A DNA stretch of 64,000 nt from Mustelus asterias (Eukaryota): NCBI RefSeq assembly GCF_964213995.1, contig NW_027590122.1, positions 930,001 to 994,000 of the forward strand, given 5' to 3'. This document shows, one piece after another, positions 32,085 through 45,332 of this stretch (the first letter of the stretch is position 1; every line of letters starts with the position of its first letter). Position numbers and translations under genes: made by a program. The notes under the pieces were generated by a model that made no database searches, was not told where the DNA came from, and was given only the letters and a program-made list of their open reading frames with translations.

Positions 32085-33417
32085 GGTGCGGGTGTCCTTG
32101 TGACTCTCCAGGTTAAACAATCAGTTAAATCTCACACAGGTCACGGGTACAATCTCTCCCCGCTGTGAAAGCTGCGATGTATTTTCAGGCTGTGTAACTG
32201 GTTAAAGCTCTTTCCACACTCAGTGCACTGGAACACTCTCACTCGGGTGTGTGTATCTCAATGCATTTCTAGTCACAGCGATGTTTACAATCTTTTGAAG
32301 CCAAGAGGCCAAACAAGCATTTCTCCTGCTAGATTCAAAGGCCGATGATATTCAGGTCCCAAGAAGTCGAGTCACTCTGTCAGATCTCGATGTGATGTTG
32401 GAGATTTCTGTCTGATTTCTCCTTGTCTAATATCCTGTAAGTCAATTTAGAAAAAAAACATTGCAATTCAGAATATGATCGAAATTCAAATCTACATTTC
32501 TAGTTTATGGAGCATTCTTTAAAGACACAGTCATGGAGCATTAAACTTGCCCAGCAGGGCCTCCCGTATCAGCACACAGGCAGCTGCTTTGTGAGACTGC
32601 CAGCAGTACAGACAAGTCAGAGATAAGGGTGTCCTCAGAAGTGGGATTCATTGTGAAAGCTCAGGGACGGTTGATAAGATGGAGCAATTCTGTGATTCTA
32701 ATGAACATTCTTTCCTCTCCCATTCCCCAAAAGCCGTGAATCTCCATCCCACACACTCTCCCTCCATTCTCACTCTGCTGTATCTAATATTCACCCTCCC
32801 AATTCTCCTGAAGGTGCTGATTGAGGCTGATTGACAGATCCATGCTCACTGCTTCCTGTCCAGCACAGAAATCAGAACAAATAGGAGCTGCAGTCAGCAT
32901 TCGGCCCATCGAGTCTGCTCAACCATTCATTGAGATTATTGGTTGATCTACCTCTGCATTATTTTCCCCACACTGTCCCCCATATCCATCGATATCTTCA
33001 ATATCTAGAAACCTATCAACCCCTCTCTTGAAAATTCTTGATGACTGAGGCTCTGTAGTCCTCTGGGGTAGAGAATCCAAAACATCACCACATCCTTGAG
33101 TGAAGAAATCCTTCCTCATCTGAGCTTTCTCTCCATTTTCCAGCCTGTTCCCAATAATTATTGACTCCCTTGTCATTCAAACACTGTCTAACTCATCCTT
33201 GAATATATTCAATCCCTCCACTGGTCCCTATGGAAGAGAAATCTAGACACTAACAATTCTCTGAGAGAAGAGATTGTTGGAAATATATAATATAGCTGCA
33301 GTCCAAAATTACACAGCCAGATATAATAAGTGTATTTTATTACAGAGCTATAAATAATATATCTAATCTGTACCATATAACAACAGGGGAGCGGATAGCC
33401 TTGTAGTATTAATCACC

Positions 33418-34966
33418 AGTCCCCTGGGCCTGATGAAATGTATCCTAGGATTCTGTGGGAGGCAAGGGATGAGATTGCAGAGCCTTTGGCGTTGATCTTT
33501 GGGTCCTCGCTGTCCACGGGGATGGTGCCAGAGGACTGGAGAATGGCGAATGTTGTTCCTCTGTTTAAGAAAGGGAATAGAAATGACCCTGGTAATTATA
33601 GACCGGTTAGTCTTACTTCGGTGGTTGGTAAATTGATGGAAAGGGTCCTTAGGGATGGGATTTACGACCATTTAGAAAGATGCGGATTAATCCGAGATAG
33701 TCAGCACGGATTCGTGAAGGGCAAGTCGTGCCTCACAAATTTGATAGAATTTTTTGAGGAGGTAACTAAGTGTGTTGATGAAGGTAGGGCAGTTGATGTC
33801 ATATACATGGATTTTAGTAAGGCGTTTGATAAGGTCCCCCATGGTCGGCTTATGATGAAAGTAAGGAGGTGTGGGATAGAGGGAAAGTTGGCCGATTGGA
33901 TAGGTAACTGGCTGTCTGACCGAAGACAGAGGGTGGTGGTGGATGGAAAATTTTCGGATTGGAGGCAGGTTGCTAGCGGTGTGCCGCAGGGATCAGTGCT
34001 TGGTCCTCTGCTCTTTGTGATTTTTATTAATGACTTAGAGGAGGGGGCTGAAGGGTGGATCAGTAAATTTGCTGATGACACCAAGATTGGTGGAGTAGTG
34101 GATGAGGTGGACAGCTGTTGTAGGCTGCAAAGAGACATAGATAGGATGCAAAGCTGGGCTGAAAAATGGCAAATGGAGTTTAACCCTGTTAAATGTGAGG
34201 TGATTCATTTTGGTAGGACAAATTTAAATGTGGATTACAGGGTCAAAGGTAGGGTTCTGAAGACTGTGGAGGAACAGAGAGATCTTGGGGTCCATATCCA
34301 CAGATCTCTAAAGGTTGCCACTCAAGTGGATAGAGCTGTGAAGAAGGCCTATAGTGTGTTAGCTTTTATTAACAGGGGGTTGGAGTTTAAGAGCCGTGGG
34401 GTTATGCTGCAACTGCACAGGACCTTGGTGAGACCACATTTGGAATATTGTGTGCAGTTCTGGTCACCTCACTATAAGAAGGATGTGGAAGCGCTGGAAA
34501 GAGTGCAGAGGAGATTTACCAGGATGCTGCCTGGTTTGGAGGGTAGGTCATATGAGGAAAGGTTGAGGGAGCTAGGGCTGTTCTCTCTGGAGCGGAGGAG
34601 GCGGAGGGGAGACTTAATAGAGGTGTATAAAATGATGAAGGGGATAGATAGAGTGAACGTTCAAAGACTATTTCCTCGGGTGGATGGAGCTATTACAAGG
34701 GGGCATAACTATAGGGTTCGTGGTGGGAGATACAGGACGGATATCAGAGGTAGGTTCTTCACGCAGAGAGTGGTTGGGGTGTGGAATGGACTGCCTGCAG
34801 TGATAGTGGAGTCAGACACTTTAGGAACATTTAAGCGGTTATTGGATAGGCACATGGAGCACACCAGGATGATAGGGAGTGGGATAGCTTGATCTTGGTT
34901 TCAGATAAAGCTCAGCACAACATCGTGGGTCGAAGGGCCTGTTCTGTGCTGTACTGTTCTATGTTC
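33418..34966 (+). mobile_element. Young CR1 LINE, 5'-truncated, open ORF2 3' part (33438..34892) and intact tail
   Basis: 484-aa ORF nearly identical to the RT region of the 11-14.8 kb element. Confidence 0.95.
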
Positions 34967-35176
34967 TATTAATCCAGAAACTTAGCTGATGTTCTGGGGA
35001 CCCGGGTTTGAATCCTGCCACGGCAGATGGTGGAATTTGAATTTGAAAACAAAATCTAGAATTAAGAATCTACTGATGACCATGAAACCATTGTCGATTG
35101 ACCAAAAAACCCGTCTGGTTCATTAATGTGCTTTAGGGAAGGAAATCTGCCGTCCTTACCCAGTCTGGCCTACATG

Positions 35177-35530
35177 TCATAGAAATCATAGAAATCATAG
35201 AAACCCTACAGTGTAGAAAGAGGCCATTCGGCCCATCGAGTCTGCACCGACCACAATCCCACCCAGGCCCTACCCCCATATCCCTACATATTTTACCCAC
35301 TAATCCCTCTAACCTACGCATCTCAGGACACTAAGGGGCAATTTTCTTAGCATGGCCAATCAACCTAACCCGCACATCTTTGGACTGTGGGAGGAAACCG
35401 GAGCACCCGGAGGAAACCCACGCAGACACGAGGAGAATGTGCAAACTCCACACAGACAGTGACCCAAGCCGGGATTCGAACCCAGGTCCCTGGAGCTGTG
35501 AAGCAGCAGTGCTAACCACTGTGCTACCGT
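35177..35530 (-). mobile_element. HE1-type V-SINE
   Basis: Full length, with (CATAGAAAT)n tail repeats. Confidence 0.9.
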
Positions 35531-36139
35531 GACTCCAGAGCCACAGCAATGTGGTTGACTCTCACCCAGCTTCTGAAATGGCCGAGCGAGCCATTCAGTT
35601 CAAGGGCAATTGGGGATGGGCAATAAATGCTGGCCCAGCCGGCAATGCCCGTGTCCCAAGGATGAATAAAAAACAACATCAGACACGTCTCTGTCCGATA
35701 TTAGTTTACTGTCCCCTTTAATATATTTCAGAAATTAGATGGGCACATGAAGGAAATAAACTTGCAGGGGAAAGGGAATATAGAAAGGGAATGGGACTGA
35801 CTGGATTGTTCTACAGAGAGTCGGCATGGATTCGAGTTACTGAATGGACTCCTTCTGCGCTGTAATGACTCAATGAGTGAAAATATATAACATAGCTTCA
35901 GTGCTACATTACAAAACAAGAAATAATAATAAACGTACTTTGTTACAGAACCATAAATATTATACCAAATCTACTATATAACAACACAAGGCATATCTCT
36001 GTCCTATATTAATTTATTGTCCTTTTAAATGTCAGCCATCACCAGGGGAAACCAGCCCTTTAATTGTGAACATTAGGAAAGGGACCTTTTAGCCAGACAA
36101 ATCAATGTGTCAAGCTGAGGGAGCAAAGGATGTCAATGT

Positions 36140-36850
36140 CTTTAAGAGAAAGAGAAACCTGGGCCAACCTTTCCAGAGTCTGCACCCTCCCTGGAGTCAC
36201 TCCGTTTCCCTTCAGTTGCTGCAAGTCAAGGCAGGAATGAGCAGCTGAACAAGCTCATTGTCCACTTCCGCATTCAGACAATGGGCGAGCTCTGATTGGC
36301 TGGAGGACCAGAACATCCGTTCCTCCAACTTTCCATTGGCCAACACCTCAGCAGCAGGTCAAAAGGTTGGCTCGCCCCGCACATGCGCATCTTCCCCTCT
36401 CCCTTGGACATGCGCAGTCCCGGGCCGAGGGAGGGGGCGATCATGACGCGGCTTCTCGCTCTGGCCGGAGCCGTCAGCCGGTTGATTGGAAACCGTGGCT
36501 GGAAGAGGTGGAGGGGGAACAATGGGTGGGGGCGGGGCTCCCGGGTCCGCACGCCCGGGCCTGAGCACTGGAACCCGGAGACGTCATCGCGGAGCAGAAT
36601 GATTCCTATTGGCTGATTTAGGCAGAGCTCTCTTATGGACGTCACAATGCGGAAGTTGTCCAAACTCCCTCTTCTGGGCAACATCTGGGAGGAAATCAAT
36701 GTTTCCCCCTTTCCATTTCTTTTCTCATTCTGGGGGAAATTGGGGACTTGCAGCAACTGAAGGGAAAGGAAGTGAATCCAGGGAGGCTGCAGACTCTGGA
36801 AAGGTTACAGATGAAGACCGGATTCAGGAACAGGACTAGGCCCAGGTATA
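36140..36850. promoter_or_regulatory. Bidirectional ZNF promoter cassette 2
   Basis: Collinear with 19330-19890. Inverted exon module at 36155-36227 (-) and 36675-36803 (+). Confidence 0.75.
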
Positions 36851-37140
36851 TTTTTGTTTCTCTCTCAAAGACATTGACATCTTTTAGTTCCCTCAGTTTA
36901 TCTGGCTAATAGGGTAGCCTCTTACCCAATGTTCACAATTCAGTTTTCCCAGAAGAGGGCTAACATTTAAATGAACTGTAAATTTGTATGGGAGAGAGAT
37001 ATGTTATTTATGATCCCATATTTTTTGACTTGAAATATACAGCAGTGTGGCTGCTTTATCAATTTCCAGTGATGCAGAGATTACAACATAGAAGGAAATG
37101 CATTTGGCAACTTAAATCCATGCTGACTCTCCGTGGTAGC

Positions 37141-37310
37141 CATGATGTGGAGATGCCGGCATTGGACTGGGTTGGGCATAGTAAGAAGTCTCACAACACC
37201 AGGTTAAAGTCCATCAGGTGAGTGACCTGAGGAAGGAGCAGTGCTCCAAAAGCTCGTGATTCCAAATAAACCTGTTGGACTTTAACCTAGTGTTGTGAGA
37301 CTTACTGTAC
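37141..37310. mobile_element. Penelope-like inverted terminus with a mutated hammerhead
   Basis: CTGAGGA-A-GGAGC-AGT-GCTCC-AAAA-GCTC-GTG at 37227-37258 (GAAA changed to AAAA), with inverted arms. Confidence 0.65.
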
Positions 37311-38169
37311 TCTCTGTGGAGCAATTTGGTCAGTTCCATTCCCTTGAGCTCCACGTCACATTGGAATGGATGAGAGTTCCAGATGAAGTGAGACTGGGGT
37401 GGAGTCGGGCGATGTCACTGAGATGGGAATAGGCGGTTTTGATGATGATGTGGATATGTGGTTGGAAGCTCATCTTGGGGTGAAATATTTCACCATGGTT
37501 GTGAACAGTTTGGTTCAGCCTCAGACAGTTACCAGGAAGATAGAGTTGCTGGTGAGGGAGTGGAGTTTGTAGTGGGGACTGAAGACAATGGGTTCAGTCT
37601 TCCCAGTGTTTGTATGAAAGAAGTTTCAGTTCTTTTAGTACTGGATTTCAGACAAGTCAGGATTGTGTGCGAGTTGTGGGGGGAGAAACTCGGAGGTGAT
37701 GGCGTTCACATCTACCTGCTACCTTGGTCCTTCTAGGTGGTGGAGGTTGAGGATTTGGGAGATTCTGTCAAAGTTCTCATTGAGTTCTAGATGTATAAAA
37801 TCCCTCTCCTTCACCCCGGCCCCTTCTACTTCTCTCTGTCTCCACTCGAGACCAGGTGCCAGATTTCCTTTCTTGACAGACATCAGCATAACACTTGGGT
37901 TTTTATGATAATCCAGCAGCTTTCCTCTGTGTGGGTTTCCTCCAGATGCTCTGGTTTTCTCCCACAGTCCAGAGATGTGCAGATTAAGTGGGTTAGCCAT
38001 TTCCCTTAGTGTCCCAAGACATGTAGGTTAGATGGATTAGCCATGGTAAATGTGTGAGGGTATGGGGATAGGGTGGGGGAGAGGCTCTGGGTAAGATACT
38101 ATGTGAGAGAATTGGTGCGACCCATGGGTTGAATGTCCTCCTTCTGCACTGTAGGGACTCTATGATAAT

Positions 38170-39195
38170 GTTGGAAAATGTGAAACAGTTCATTTTGGAA
38201 GGGAGAGCAGGGGAGTATTATTTAAATGGGGAAAAGACTGTAAAGCTGCAACACAACAGGACTTGGGGGACTTCTGCACAAAACACAGAAACCCAGCACA
38301 CAGGTGCAGTTGGTAATCAGGAAGCCTAATAGAATGTTGGCCCTTATTTCAAGTAAAGTAAAGTTTATTTATTTGTCACAAGTAGGCTTACATTAACAAT
38401 GCAATGATGTTACTGTGAAAATCCACTAGTCGCCACACTCCGGCGCCTGTTCAGGTACACTGAGGGAGAATTTAGCATGACCAGTTCACCTAACCTGCAC
38501 ATCTTTGGACTGTGGGAGGAAACCGGAGCACCCGGAGGAAACCCACGCAGAACCGGGGAGAATGTGCAAACTCCACACAGACAGTGACCCAAGCCAGGAA
38601 TTGAACCCGAGTCTCTGGCGCTGTGAAGCAGCAGTGCTAACTGCAGTGCCACTGTGGTTGGAGTATATGAGTAGGGAAGTCTTGCTACAACTGTACAAGG
38701 TACTGGCGAGACCATATCTGGAGGACTGTGAGCAGTTTTGGTCTCCTTATTTCAGGAAAAATATTATTTCATTGGAGGCAGTTCACAGTAGATTCACTTG
38801 GATTATCCCCGTTATGGAGGGATTGTTTTATGAGGAAAGTTTAAACAGGTTGGGCCTCTCCTCATTGGAATTTAGAAGAATGAGAGGTGATCTCATTGAA
38901 GCATATTGGATTCTTAAGGGACTTGAGAGGGTAAATGCTGAGCGGATGTTTCCTCTCATGGGAGAGTCTGGGACCAGAGGGCACAGTCTCAGAATAAAAG
39001 GTGCCAATTTAAGACTGAGATCAGGAGCAATTTCTTCTCCCAGAGGGTTGAGAGTCTTTGCAAGTCCTTGCCACAGAGAGCTGTGGGGGCAAAGCCCTTG
39101 TGTATATTTTTGATCAATAAGGAAATCAAGGGTTACGGGAAAAGGGCAAGAAAGTGGACATGAGGAATGTCAGATCAGCCATGATCCTATTGAAT
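38170..39195 (+). mobile_element. CR1 3' fragment interrupted by a V-SINE (38352-38655, -)
   Basis: The C-terminal part of ORF 38505..39113 matches CR1 ORF2, and its N-terminal part is SINE antisense. Confidence 0.8.
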
Positions 39196-39394
39196 GGGTG
39201 ACATTCAATCCCTTCCCTGCAGGACATCAGTGAATCAATTGGGTTTTTAATGACACTCCAGAATTTTCATGGTCACTTTTACCTAGTGCCGGCCCCAGAA
39301 ATGACCAGATTCATTCCGCTCAATTTCACAACCTGCCTTTGTGTTTTTGTGGGTTCTCTCTCACATTTTTTTTCTTTTAAATTCAGTGTCACAG

Positions 39395-40040
39395 AGTTTT
39401 AGAAGAGGAGGATTTGCAGTCAGGAATCTTTGAACAAACATCACATCAGGAGTTGACGGAGCTGCCCAGTTAACGGTAACTTGATTATCATTTAAACATT
39501 GAAGGAAAAAGCATTGTTCACAGTAGATGAAACTGTTCTCTGTGTGGACGCAGCTTCAGTTGATCATCTGGCCTCAGGAGCTACAAATATAAACATCCTG
39601 GGGAGGAACCATGGAAGAGTGAGGACAGTGATGAGGGATTCAGTTACCTGTCTGAGCTGGAAGCTCATCGTGCACCGGGGAGAGGCCGTTCACCGGCTCT
39701 GTGTATTGGACTGATTTCACTCCATCAGCCAACCTGTTGTCTCACTGACATATTCACACTGGGGGGAGATTGTTCAAACGCTGCAGAGATGGAAAGGGAT
39801 TCATTCAGTCATCCCACCATATGACACACAAACGTGTTCACACTTGAGTGATTTTGTTAATTGCCCAGATTACGAGAAGAGCTGTAAAAGTTCCAGGGAA
39901 GTGATATCCTATCAACTTGTCCACACTGACGAGAGACCGTTCAGGTGCTCTCACTTTAGGACTGAGTTCAGGCGATTATCTCACCTCACAGTGCACCAGC
40001 AGATTCACACTGGGGAGAGGTTATTCCTCTGCTCTGACTC
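39395..40040 (+). pseudogene. Decayed C2H2 ZNF gene
   Basis: Family acceptor/5'UTR (AGAAGAGGAGGATTTGCAG) followed by broken fingers ([23 protein letters not shown]) with multiple stops and frameshifts. Confidence 0.8.
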
Positions 40041-40296
40041 AGTTGAAAAAAATTACAAGTAAATCACTATTTGCTATAGACCAAAGAAAGATACTTTATT
40101 AGAAGAGTAAGGGTCACAAGGTAAAACAAGCCAAGTTCCAGAATATTAAACATCCAGTCCAGTTACAGAGATTGTAAACATCAACAGAAACAAACCCAAA
40201 CTATCAGAATGAACAGAGTTCAGGCTTGGATGTCATTAACAGCAGCAACAGCAGCAGAATCCAATCCCAATAATCACTGCTGAACTCGCCGGTGTG

Positions 40297-41214
40297 TCAG
40301 CCAATTAGATGATCGATTGTATCCTTCTCACATGTGGAACAGGAGTCTGGTCTCTCCCCAGTGTGAACTCGCTGGTGTGTCCGCAGGTTGGATGAATTAC
40401 TGAATCCTTTCCCACACTGAGAGCAGGTGAATGGTCTCTCTCCAGTGTGAACCCGCTGATGTATCTGCAGGTGGGATGACTGAGTGAATGTTTTCCCACA
40501 ATAGGAGCAGGTGAATGGTCTCTCCCCAGTGTGCAATCGTCGGTGTCTCTGCAGATTTGATGCATAAGGAAAATGCTTCCCACACTCAGAGCAGATGAAC
40601 GGCCTCTCCCCAGTGTGAACTCGCTGATGTATCAGCAGATAGGATGAATCAGTGAATCCCTTCCCACACTCGGAGCAGCTGAACAGTCTCTCCCTGGTGT
40701 GAATTCGCTGGTGTCTCTGCAGGTTGGATGAATTACTGAATCCTTTCCCACACTCAGGGCAGATGAATGGCCTCTCCCCAGTGTGAACTCGCTCGTGTGT
40801 CTGCAGGTGGGATAACTGAGTGAATCCCTTCCCACACTCTGAACACGTGAACCATTTCTCCCCGGTGTGACCTCGCTGGTGCATCAGCAAGTTGGATGAT
40901 TCACTGAATCTCTTCCCACAATCGGAGCAGGTGAATGGCTTCTCCCCGCTGTGAACTCGCTTGTGTGTCTCCAGGTGGGATGAACTTGTGAATCCTTTCC
41001 CGCACTCGGGGCAGGTGAATGGCCACTCCCCTGTGTGAACTCGTTTGTGTGTCTGCAGGGAGGATGAATGAGCAAATCCCTTCCCACACTCCAAACAAAT
41101 GAACGGCCTCTCCCCAGTGTGATTACATCGATGAGTTTCCAGTTGGTGTGAGAAATTGAATCCTTTACCACAGTCTCCACATTTCCACGGCTTCTCCATG
41201 GTGCTGGTGTCCAT
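40297..41214 (-). CDS. C2H2 zinc-finger protein, 10 intact fingers plus a degenerate 11th
   Basis: ATG at 41214 or at MEKP 41199, 10 complete fingers, a frameshifted last finger, acceptor near 41493. Confidence 0.85.
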   Translation of the reverse strand: MDTSTMEKPWKCGDCGKGFNFSHQLETHRCNHTGERPFICLECGKGFAHSSSLQTHKRVHTGEWPFTCPECGKGFTSSSHLETHKRVHSGEKPFTCSDCGKRFSESSNLLMHQRGHTGEKWFTCSECGKGFTQLSHLQTHERVHTGERPFICPECGKGFSNSSNLQRHQRIHTRERLFSCSECGKGFTDSSYLLIHQRVHTGERPFICSECGKHFPYASNLQRHRRLHTGERPFTCSYCGKTFTQSSHLQIHQRVHTGERPFTCSQCGKGFSNSSNLRTHQRVHTGERPDSCSTCEKDTIDHLIG

Positions 41215-42279
41215 GTGTCTCTCCCAGTTTGACAGTCAGCTGAAGCCTCATCCACAACAAAACACCCGAATGGTCTCACCCCAATGTGACTGGTGCTGTC
41301 TTTTCAAGATGTGTTCTTGCTTTTCCAATCACATTTATGGTTGAAATCTCTTGAAGCAGAAGAACAGACAAATATTTCTCTTTGTAGATTCCAAAGGCTG
41401 ATGTTGTCCAGGTCCCGATGAATGGAGTTAATCTGTCAGATCACCATGAGTGTTTGTTTTGAGATTTCTGTCTGGAAATCCTCTTCTGATATCCTGTAAC
41501 ACGAATTTCCAAAATTCATCACTGTCAGTGCAACTTAGAAATTCAGAAAAGACAATTCCAGTTTTTATAGAAAATTCTTTACTTTTCCCCACTATTCTTA
41601 CCCTGCTGTATCGCACTATACACCCTCCCAATTCTCCTAAAGGTGCCAATTCATGTTGGTTAATGAATCCATGCTCATCACTTCCTGTTCAAATGTGTGT
41701 AATATGCAGCACTCATTACTTGGTTGGAGATATGGTGGGTGCAGCGAGTGATCATGATCTGGAACTGGGTGCCCACGGATCTTGTGGCAGTGAAAACAAT
41801 TAAAGATTTCAAACTGAAATTGGATGCGCACTTGAAGGAAATATTCTTGCAGGAGAATGGGTAGATGGAGGGGCAATGGGTCTGACTGGATTGCTCTATA
41901 AGAAGTTGATATTGTCTCCTTCTCTATCGGAATAACAATGCCTGGAAGTATATTAACATAGTTACAATATTCTATTACAAGACTAGAATCATAGAATCCC
42001 TACAGTGCAGAAGGAGGCCATTCAGCCCATCCAGTCTGCACCAACCACAATCCCACCCAGGCCCTATTCCTGTAACCCCATTTACTGGCCCTGCTATTAC
42101 CACTGACACTAAGGTCAATTTTACCACGGCCAATCATTGGATGAACCTGTGTTGAAGATATTAAAAAGGCCATGTGTTTAACACAAAGTCAATTTATTTG
42201 ACTATTATCCACAATATTAACACCTATAAATGGACTGTTGTTTATTAACAGCAATGGAAACAGACCCATTCGAACATAA

Positions 42280-44210
42280 TAATTAAGAACAGAAGGAGGC
42301 CACTCGGCCCCTCAAGCCTGTTCCGCCATTCAATAGGATCGTGGCTGATCTGATTGTAACCTCAACCCAACATTCCTGCCCACTACCCTCACCAATAATC
42401 TTCCATCTCCTTTTTAATCAGGAGACCACCTTGCTCTTCTTCAAAATATTCCAAGATTCTTCTTCCTCTGCCTTTTGAGGAAGAGAGTTCCAAAGATCCA
42501 TGATCCTCTGAGAGAAAACACTTCTCCCTATCTCTGTCTGAAACACATTTTTAAACAGTGTCTCCTTGTTCAAGATTCTCCCACAAGAAAAAAAAGTCCT
42601 TTCCACATCAACCCAGTCAATAGCCCTCAGAAACGTAAAAGGTTTCAATCAAGGCCCCTCTTACTCTTCTAAACTCCAGTGGCTACAAGCCCAGATTCTC
42701 CAATCTTTCCTCATAAGACAACCTGCCAATTTCTGGTATTAGTCTGGTAGACATTCTCTGAACTGCTTCCAATGCATTTACATTTTCCTTAAATAAGGAG
42801 TTCAATACTTTAACAACACTCCAGATGTGGTCTCACCAGTGTCCTGTCTGACTGAAACATAAACTCACTCCTTTTGTAACCACTTTCCTCACAATAAACA
42901 ATGACATTCTATTAACTTTCCTGATTACTTGCTGTACCTGCTTTCCAGCCTTTTGTGATTCATGTATTAGGACACCTCTGAATCTCAGAGCTCTGCAATC
43001 TCTCACCATTTAACGTTTTTTTTAAAATTTGGCAGGAATTCCTGCCAAAATTGATAATTCCACATTTGCCCACGTTATACTCCATTTGCCAAATCTTTGC
43101 CCACTAGCTGAACTTATCTACATCCCTTTGTAGCCTCCTTACATCCTCTTCACAACTTACTTTTCTACCTTTGTGTCCTCAGCAAATTTAGCGACCATGC
43201 TTGCATCCAAGTCGTTTATATAAATTGTTAAAAGTAGAGGTTCCAGTTCTGATCGCTTTGGCACACCACTCGTCACATCCTGCCAACCAGATAAAGATCC
43301 ATGTGTTGCCAACTCTGTTTCCCGTTAGCTCGCCAATCTTCTTTCCATGCCATATTACCCCCACACTGTGAGATTCTATTTTCCACATTAAGCTTTGATG
43401 TGGCAGATTATGAAATGCATTTTGCAAATCAAAGTACAGTACATTCACCTTTGCTGCCCCATTATCCAATATATAAAGTCACCATCTCCCAGATGTCCCC
43501 TTGAGAGGGAGAGCTGACTGGTGGTCACTTAACCTGAGGATCATAAATTCATTAGATATAGGAGCAGAATTAGACCATTTGGCCAATCGAGTCTGTTCCG
43601 CCATTCGATCATGGCTGATAAGCTCCTCATCCCCATTTTCCTGCCTTCTCCCCATAACCCTTCAACCCCATTACCAATTAAAAATCTGTCTAACTCCTCC
43701 TTAAATTTACTCACTGTCCCAGCATCCACCACCCTTTGGGACAGCGAATTCCACAGATTCACAACCCTTTGGGAGAAGCAGTTTCTCCTCAACTCTGTTT
43801 TAACTTTGCTGCCCCTTATCCTAAGGCTATGACCTCTCATCCTAGAATGCCCCTTGGTTGGCACGAGAATTGAACCCGTGCCATTGGTGTCGCTGTGCAT
43901 CACAAACCAGCCACCCGGCCAACTGAGCGAACTGACCCCCTTTATCTAAAGTATATGTGACTCCTTCAAAGAACTCCAATAAATAGGTTGAATATGATTT
44001 CCCTTTCTCAAACCGTGCTGACTCCTTATGTCTGAATTTTTCTCATTCTCATGATATCTTTAATAAAGCTTTAATATTTTCCCTACATCAGATTTTAGAT
44101 TAAGTGGCCTTTAGTTTCCTTTTTGCCTCCCTCCTTTTTTGAATAAAGGAGTTACATTTGCTACTTTGCAATCTACTGGAATCTTCCTCAAATCTCGCGA
44201 CTTTTAGATA
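42280..44210 (-). mobile_element. Several degraded CR1 fragments
   Basis: ORFs 42418..42648, 43188..43469 and 43541..43903 carry CR1 ORF2 remnants. Confidence 0.7.
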
Positions 44211-44458
44211 ATTAAAACGGTGCTATTTCCTTCCATGTTCAAAATTCTCTGCTGTTCAGGTTACAATACATTGTGCAATTCCATCCAATCCTGATCTGAT
44301 GTTTTGTGCAAGTTTCCTGACCCCAAATCCACCTCTTCTAAGACCAATTATATCAACACCTATAACAGAGCTGGAGTCACTTTACAATTCAGCAGAAACA
44401 GACCCAAAGGTACATGGTTCAGTCTGAACACGAAAACAACAAAATCCAATCACAACAG

Positions 44459-45332
44459 TTACTTGTGAACTCGCTGGTGTCTCAGCAGATTGGATGACTG
44501 ACTGAATCCCTTTCCACACTTGGAACAAGTGAATGGCTTCTCCCTGGTGTGAATTCGCTGGTGTGTCAGCAGAGTGGATGAGTGAGCAAATCCATTCCCA
44601 CATTGGGAGCAGGTGAACGGTCTCTCCCCAGTGTGAGTGCGCTGGTGTACAGTGAGTTGAGATGATTGCTTGAACCCAGTCCCACAGTGAGAGCACCTGA
44701 ATGGTTTCTCATCAGTGTGAACACGTTGATGGTAATGCAGATTTACAGAATTTTTAAAGCATTTCCCACAGTCTGGACATTTAAAAGGTCTCATCAGTGT
44801 GAATCCGCTGGTGTGTGAAGAGGGTGGCTGACTGAGCAAATCTCTTCCCACACTGGGAGCAAGTGAATGGCCTCTCCCCAGTGTGAATTCGCTGGTGTAA
44901 TGCGAGGTTGGAAGACTGAGTGAATCCCTTCCCACACACAGAGCAGGTGAACGGCCTTTCCCCAGTGTGGATTCGCTGATGTTTCAGCAGATGGGATGAG
45001 GCACTGAATCCTTTCCCACACTGGGAGCAGTTGAATGGTCTCTCTTCAGTGTGAGTTCTCTGGTGTATATGTAAGCTGTTTGACTGAGTGAATCCCCTCC
45101 CACACTGGGAGCAGGTGAATGGTCTCTCCCCACTGTGACTGCGCCAATGAATCTCCAGCTGGGAAGGGTAATCGAATCCCTTCCCACAGTCCCCACATTT
45201 CCACAGCTTCTCCCTGTTGCGACTGCAATTATGTTCCGAAAGGCTGGATGATTGGTTAAAGTCTTGTCCACACACAGAACACGTGTACAGTTTCTCTTCA
45301 CTGTGAACGGTGCTATTTCCTTCCATGTTCAA
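44459..45332 (-). pseudogene. C2H2 ZNF gene, 9 intact fingers split by a 2-bp deletion after finger 5
   Basis: ORF 44781..45332 has 5 fingers and ORF 44459..44935 has 4 more in another frame. GATGAGACCTTT replaces the expected GATGAGAGACCTTT near 44790. Confidence 0.8.

Larger units (their letters stand above)
33386..35672 (+). mobile_element. Second-family SINE split by a CR1 and an HE1 insertion
   Basis: Head 33386-33417, body 34967-35176 and tail 35531-35672 rejoin into a sequence collinear with 23843-24200. Confidence 0.7.

Noticed and set aside
33407-34974. TATTAATC on both sides of the young CR1 as a TSD
   Set aside because: Both copies can be explained by the host SINE head sequence itself, so a TSD is not established.
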